From: Blastocladiella emersonii ATCC 22665
Taxonomy: Eukaryota > Fungi > Blastocladiomycota
NCBI GenBank assembly: GCA_025594325.1
Contig: JANHCV010000011.1
Coordinates: forward strand, 1,054,001-1,118,000
DNA: 64,000 bases
Direction: 5' to 3'
Positions within the stretch are counted from its first letter, which is position 1. Every line of letters begins with the position of its first letter. The notes under the pieces were generated by a model. It did not search any database. It was not told the origin of the DNA and worked only from the letters and a program-made list of their open reading frames with translations. Shown here piece by piece: positions 58,564-64,000 of the stretch. Made by a program: the position numbers and the translations under genes.

Positions 58564-60396
58564 CGCGCGGCGGCCGCTTCACACGCCGCAGCGCGCTACG
58601 CGCGCACATCTGCCCCCTCAGCTGCTATCCCACTTTTCGCGCTTCTCATATATCGAGTACTTCCCGCCGCCGAACCTGTCGCTCAATTGGCCCCGAATTG
58701 GGTCCAGCTCAGCCCGAGTCCCTGACCCTCAATTCGCCCTGTATGAGGCTCAACTCATCAGGGTAGCTCATATGAAGTCAATTGTGCTGACCGACACCCA
58801 TTTCAAGTCATATGGTCCCAGTTGACCGTTCCGGGTTTTGTGATGACTACCGTCTGACAGCATCGCGCTCCAATGATCCCAATCGAACAGCCGGTCGAGC
58901 TCAGCCTCCGCGTCCATCTGTTCTTGGCGAACTTTTGTTGCAAGAAGCCGGGGCCGCAACGTGATGGGAAGGAGGTTGTCCCGCAGAAGCAGCTCCACGA
59001 TTATAGGCGTAAGCGCCCCTTCGGACAACCACTCCTCACATACATGTGACATGAAAGCTCTTTCCGCACAGTAGGTAGATCCGTCATGGCGCGTGCGAGA
59101 ATCGAGTTCTTTGTAGTGTGAGAAGATTGTGAAGCACGGTTCATCTCGACGCCGATTCGACCCCGAAAGCTCGCGCGCTCCGTGTATGTAGAGCCAGACG
59201 ATGACATGGACGAATTGGTCATGCACATTGCCTTCCTTGACGGAAAACTCGTGATACATGGATGTCATGCGATCGAAATTGCTGTCGGTCAACAGCGGGG
59301 CGACAGCAGCTCCCGGAGCAAATCCGAACCGCAGGTCAAGCTCAAGAGCCTCGAGCGAACGAAACTGCCAGTTGACGACGGCAAAGAAGCCGAGCGCGTC
59401 GATGAATCGGGTTGGGAGCTGGTCATTGACACGTGGTTGAAACATGAAGAATTCGACTAGCTTCGAGTCCTTGAGATGGGCGATGGCCCACCAGTGCTCG
59501 AGGTCCGTGGTCGCATTGAGAAGGTCGGGGAAGTCCGCGTGTACGATACCGAGAACGTGATTGAGGAGGCCAACCTGGCCGGTCGCTGCAGCTCCAAACG
59601 CGATTTGGAGGAAGGCCGGAAGCGCGTGATAGCGAGGGTGCTCGTCTGATTGAGCCCAATAGTGCGTCAGCTGTTTGTCCAGGGAGTCCGTGCAAAAATT
59701 GCTCGCCCGGGCGCGGATTCGGCGCGCGAGTGAGGTCGCGAGGAGGGCGAAGAGCGACGATTTCGAGGTCGAACTGGCACTGCCCATCAAATGAAAGACG
59801 GTAAAGAAAGCACATTTGTCAATCAGATCCTCGTGGCGGATCGCATATTCGTCAAGAGTGGACGAGGGTGCACGAGCTGGGGGAGCGCCCAGCTGCTGCG
59901 CGAGCGAATCCGCGACCGGATCAACCAAGTGGAAAGCAACAACCTTGTCTCGAGCCGCATGATATAGAGACTCCGAGGCGGAGCAGACAACGACGCGCGG
60001 CTCGGCCAGTCGAAGAACCAGACCGGCGATTTCGGGCGGCAGATAAACGTGTGCAAGAGTGGACGGCGGCGAGCCCGCGTCGAATTGCATCAAGTGATCC
60101 ATGGTGATGTGTGAGCGAAAGTAAGTTGAGGGTGGAGAGAGCGGGAAGCGGCAGCCCATGCGAAACTCGAAGCGACGACGCGAAACGAAACGCGTCGCCG
60201 CGCGCGACAACGGGTCATGTGAGCCGCGATCAACGTCGGATTCGACGTCCCTGCCGACTTCGCCACCCCCTTTCCCCTCGCCCGACTGCCCGTCTCTTGC
60301 ACAGACTTGGCGCAATACGCTCGAGAGCGTCCCATGTTATCACTGGCCCGCCGGCTTTCTCTATCCGCCGGTCGCTCGCGCCATCTCGCTACCGCC

Positions 60397-62030
60397 ATGA
60401 CCATGAACCACGCGCCCGAGTCGTTCCCGACCATGTCCGGGTCTCCGGCACTCAAGCACACGATCGTGGCCAAGTGCCCCGTGAGCAAGGCGCGCGTGTC
60501 GCGGATGCAGCTGCCGCACTTCACGGCGGACCTGCCGACGTTCATGCCGGTCGGGACGAAGGGGACCCTGAAGGGCATGACGGCCGACCAGCTCGAGGCT
60601 CTCAACATCCATGTCCTGCTCAACAACACGTACCACCTCGCGCTCAAGCCGGGCAAGGACATGCTCGACGCCATGGGCGGCGCCAAGCAGATGATGGGGT
60701 GGAAGCGCGGCATGCTGACCGACGTGCGTCTCGCATGCTGAATGTGCGCTTCTTTGCGTGGCTGACGGATTGTGAGCGCGTGTGTAGTCGGGCGGTTTCC
60801 AGGCCGTGTCCCTGCTCGACCTGTGCACCGTGACCGAGAACGGCTACGAGTTCTCGTCCGTGTACGACGACGCGGTGCGCGTCAACATGACGCCCGAGCA
60901 CTCGATTGCGATCCAGAACTCGATTGGCGCCGATATCATGATGCAGCTGTCCGTGTGATCTCCTCTTTCCTCACGCTCCGAACTCTCAGCTGACGCACCC
61001 TCGCACCGTAGCGACGACGTGGTCAACCCCATGACGCCGCGCGACCGCATCGAGGAGGCCATGTGGCGCAGTATCCGGTGGCTCGACCGGTGCATCACGG
61101 CCAACGCCAACCCGCAGAAGCAGAACCTGTTCCCGATCATCCAGGGCGGCCTGCACCCGGACCTGCGCCGTCAGTGCATCGAGGGTACGTTCCGCTGGCA
61201 CTGTGGTCCATGATCCGCCTTGCTCATTCGCTCGCGCGCCGTCCGTAGAAATGGTCAAGCGCGACGCCCCCGGCTACGCGATCGGCGGCCTGTCGGGCGG
61301 CGAGGCCAAGGACGAGTTCTGGCGGGTACGGTTTTCACGGCGCGTTGTCTTCGCCTGAGCTACCACTGACGCTCTCGGTGCCGCGTAGGTGGTCTCGCTC
61401 TGCACGGACCTGCTCCCCGAGAACAAGCCGCGGTACTGCATGGGAATCGGGTACGCGCTCGACCTGGTCGTGTGCTCGAGTCTCGGCGTTGACATGTTCG
61501 ACTGTGTGTTCCCGACGCGCACCGCGGTACGCTTCCTCCACACCCACTCGCCCACCCCTCTCCTCCTCACCACCTCGCACGCATAGCGCTTCGGCAACGC
61601 CCTCGTGCCGTGGGGCTCGATGACGCTGAAGAACGCCAAGTACAAGGAAGACCACCGGCCAATCGACCCCACCTGCCCATGCCCGACGTGCGCGCGGTAC
61701 CCGCGGTCGTACCTGCACCGGATCGTGACGCGCGAGACCACCGCGTGCCACCTGATCACGGTCCACAACATCACGTACCAGATGCGCCTGATGCGCGGGA
61801 TCCGCGAGTCGATCGTCGCGGGGAGATTCCCCGACCACGTCCGCGAGTTCTGCGCGACGATATACCCCGACGGCGACACGCCGCGGTGGGCTGTCGACGC
61901 GTTCAAGTCGGTCGGGATCGAGGTCCCGACCACGCACCCGCCGCGCGAGGCCGAGGAGATCGCGAGGTTTCAGGCGGCCGCCGAGGAGGTCGCGGCGGCG
62001 GCAATGGCGAGCAAGGCGGCGCAGGAGTAG
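60397..62030 (+). CDS. QTRT1: Queuine tRNA-ribosyltransferase catalytic subunit
   Basis: [20 protein letters not shown]|[13 protein letters not shown]|[36 protein letters not shown]|RFG, CPCPTC zinc site; five introns. Confidence 0.96.
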
Positions 62031-62333
62031 CGTCGTGAACGACTAGTAATAGAGTAGCTTAGTGTACTTAGTTCTCTCGCGCGCATGGGTGGGCAGTTTC
62101 AATCGTTCATTCATACATTCAGCGACAACGCGAGGCGAGGACCGCCGCCCCGCGCGCAGCACGACATCAGGAGAGTGAGGTAAGTAAGAAAGAGATTAAG
62201 AAGCTTATAACGAAACCAAGTGGCGAGGGTAGGGGAAGAGTGATGAGCGGGAGAGGAGGGGAAGTTGATCAGCGAAGGGGACAACGTATGCAAAGCGACG
62301 GGGAGGCGAGTCTAAAGCGCCAGCCAAACCACC

Positions 62334-63752
62334 TTACAGGCCGAGGTTGTCGGCGTACGGCAGGTCGACCGTCTTGCCGGCAGCCACGATGGTGGGCTTA
62401 GCAGCGAGGAGGCGCTGAGCGGCGGCGGCGACGGCCTCAGCCGAGACCTCCTCGATGGCGGTGGTCGAGGACGCGGCAGCCTTGCCGGAGATAGCGAGGC
62501 GCTGGGCGGCGGCGCGGGCGTGCGCGGGCTTGTTCTCCTGGGCGAAGAGCTGGGCGGCCTTGGCCTGGTTGACGGCGCGGGCGAACTCGTCGGCGGCGAC
62601 GCCGTCGGCGGCGCGCTTGAGGGCGGCGACGGCGGTGGCGATGCCCTTGGCGGCGTTGGCGGGCGACGTCTTGCACGTGGACGAGAGGCCGAAGAGGCCG
62701 GCGTCCGAGTAGGTGGCGGAGAAGGCGCGGACGGCGGCGTGGGCCTCGCGGCCGGCGCGGACCAGGGGGGACCCGGCCTCGCCCCACTTGACGTACTTGG
62801 TGCCGTCGCCGAGGAGCGTGGTGAGGACGGCGAGCGTGGCCGCGTCCTGGGAGTAGGCGGCGGCGCCGGGGAAGGCGACCGTCACGTTGTGGCCGCGGGC
62901 GAGTTCGACGCGCGACTCGCCGCCGAAGTACTTGGACGCGACCTTGCCGGCGGCGGGGGACGCGCCGGTCTGGTCAAAGTGGGCCGTGGCAAGGTGCTGC
63001 AGCTCCTCGGGGTTGACGCCGACACCGAAGAGGGCGGCGCCCGAGCCGATGGAGAGGTGCGACTGGGCAAAGGCCTTGACCTTGTCGGCCGAGACCGTGT
63101 TGAAGACGGGGGCGGTGGTGGCGTTGCCGAGGCCGTGGCGGAAGGCGATGCGGTGGGCCGTCTCGTAGCCGACGAGGGTGGCGTTGGCGGCGGCGGCGGC
63201 GGCCTGCTCGGCGGTGCGCGCGGCAACCTCCTTGAACTCCCAGTGGTTGTAGGCGGTGTTGTAGACGACGTCGGAGAGGGTCTCGACGGCGAAGGCGCTA
63301 CGCAAGGAGGTTGGGGGGAAGGTGTGAGCGATCGAAGGTCAGGTCCGGCGCGACGAGAGAGCGTACAGGTCGTCGCGCAGGAACTCGGCCTGGTAGACAA
63401 TGAACTCGCGGTCGGCGGTGGTCGACACCTTCATGCCGCGCATCTCGATCTCGCGGGCGAGCTTGACGGGGGTCTGGGTGGCCGTGTACTTGTAGGCGAA
63501 GTTGGCGAGGAAGTGGGCGGCGCCGAGGTTGTCGGACGACTCGGCGCGGGCGCCGGCGGGGACCACGAGGACGAGCGACGAGGTCGGGCCGTGGGTGTCG
63601 ACGGCGCCCGTGCGCAGACCCGAGGCGACCTGGGCCGTCGCGGAGACGGGGGCCGGGGCCACGAGCGGCACGTCCTTAGGCAGCGGGAAGTCCGCGAAGG
63701 CCGACGAGCGCGACACGGTGGTGTGGATGCGGCGGGCAGCGGTGCGGAGCAT
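62334..63752 (-). CDS. QCR2: Cytochrome bc1 complex core protein 2 (M16-like)
   Basis: Mitochondrial presequence, AGARAES...GAAHFLANFAY, KLAREIEMRG, STTADREFIVYQAEFLRDD, YFGGESR, FSATYSDAGLFG, DLPYADNL; intron about 63298-63366. Confidence 0.92.
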
Positions 63753-64000
63753 GGTGGAGAGGTCGAGCGCTACGCGGGTGGGTATGCGGGCGTTAGCGCC
63801 AACGCCGTCATGGCGGCTGCGTCGCGAGGGATGGCGATGGGGGGCTCGCGTCGGGTCGAGTTGAGTTGAGCGGCGACGGCGGCGAGCGATGGCGGCGTGC
63901 GTGTCTCCCTCGCACTGCCGTCGACGAGGGGACATGTCGCTCCGTTGGGATCCCATCAGCGAGGTTTGATGGGTCGTCGCGAGTCAATGTCGTGGTTGTG

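Larger units (their letters stand above)
55037..58842. mobile_element. CAC-terminated TIR DNA transposon (CACTA/CMC- or Plavaka-like), 3806 bp, probably non-autonomous
   Basis: Perfect 13-bp TIR CACAAAACCCGGA (55037-55049) / TCCGGGTTTTGTG (58830-58842). Subterminal CTCAATTG/CGAATTGGG repeat arrays at both ends. It splits an intron of copy C. No TSD recognised. Confidence 0.8.
54918..60102 (-). pseudogene. Subfamily 1 copy C, interrupted by a transposon in its intron and 3'-truncated
   Basis: Exon 1 60102-58851 (MDHLMQFDAG...YLPPEIAGLVLRLA). The intron donor GTAGTC at 58850 and acceptor TAG at 54956 lie on opposite sides of the element. Exon 2 reads AFKAFLRRIGSD* (copy B: AFQACLRR). Confidence 0.7.

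Noticed and set aside
55026-58850. GTAGT/ACTAC flanking the TIRs as an extended TIR or TSD
   Set aside because: Offsets differ on the two sides and the right copy is the intron donor of gene C; no true duplication.
60788-60812. QTRT1 motif reads [10 protein letters not shown] rather than the remembered ...QMVSL
   Set aside because: Single substitution outside the invariant residues; the other catalytic and zinc motifs are intact.

Overview
GC-rich, intron-containing eukaryotic DNA with short (about 55-100 nt) GT-AG introns, GTACG/GTGCG donors and CTGAC/CTAAC branch points. It is most consistent with a flagellated fungus, probably Blastocladiomycota (inference from ciliary genes TSNAXIP1 and ARL2BP, a fungal-type Trp fusion and codon style). 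Housekeeping genes include a Sel1-repeat protein, an APC amino-acid permease, a GT31 glycosyltransferase, DAP1, a NIPA transporter, COA8, RIO2, the mitochondrial phosphate carrier, a NAP-family chaperone, RPS24, QTRT1 and QCR2. Two tandem orphan 7TM receptor-like genes, a vWA-domain orphan and a four-enzyme TrpE-TrpG-TrpC-TrpF fusion are also present. Two visibly less GC-rich accessory islands (about 35.2-46.1 kb and 51.5-60.1 kb) carry co-oriented copies of an F-box-like/ankyrin-like gene family sharing a phase-1 intron. These islands contain a pseudogene, a RAD7 fragment lodged between duplicated flanks, a 297-bp MITE with an AAT target-site duplication, and a 3.8-kb CAC-terminated TIR element inserted in a family intron. 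That element carries a Plavaka/CACTA-like transposase remnant and a host-like passenger ORF. All annotations are by eye; no database searches were run.
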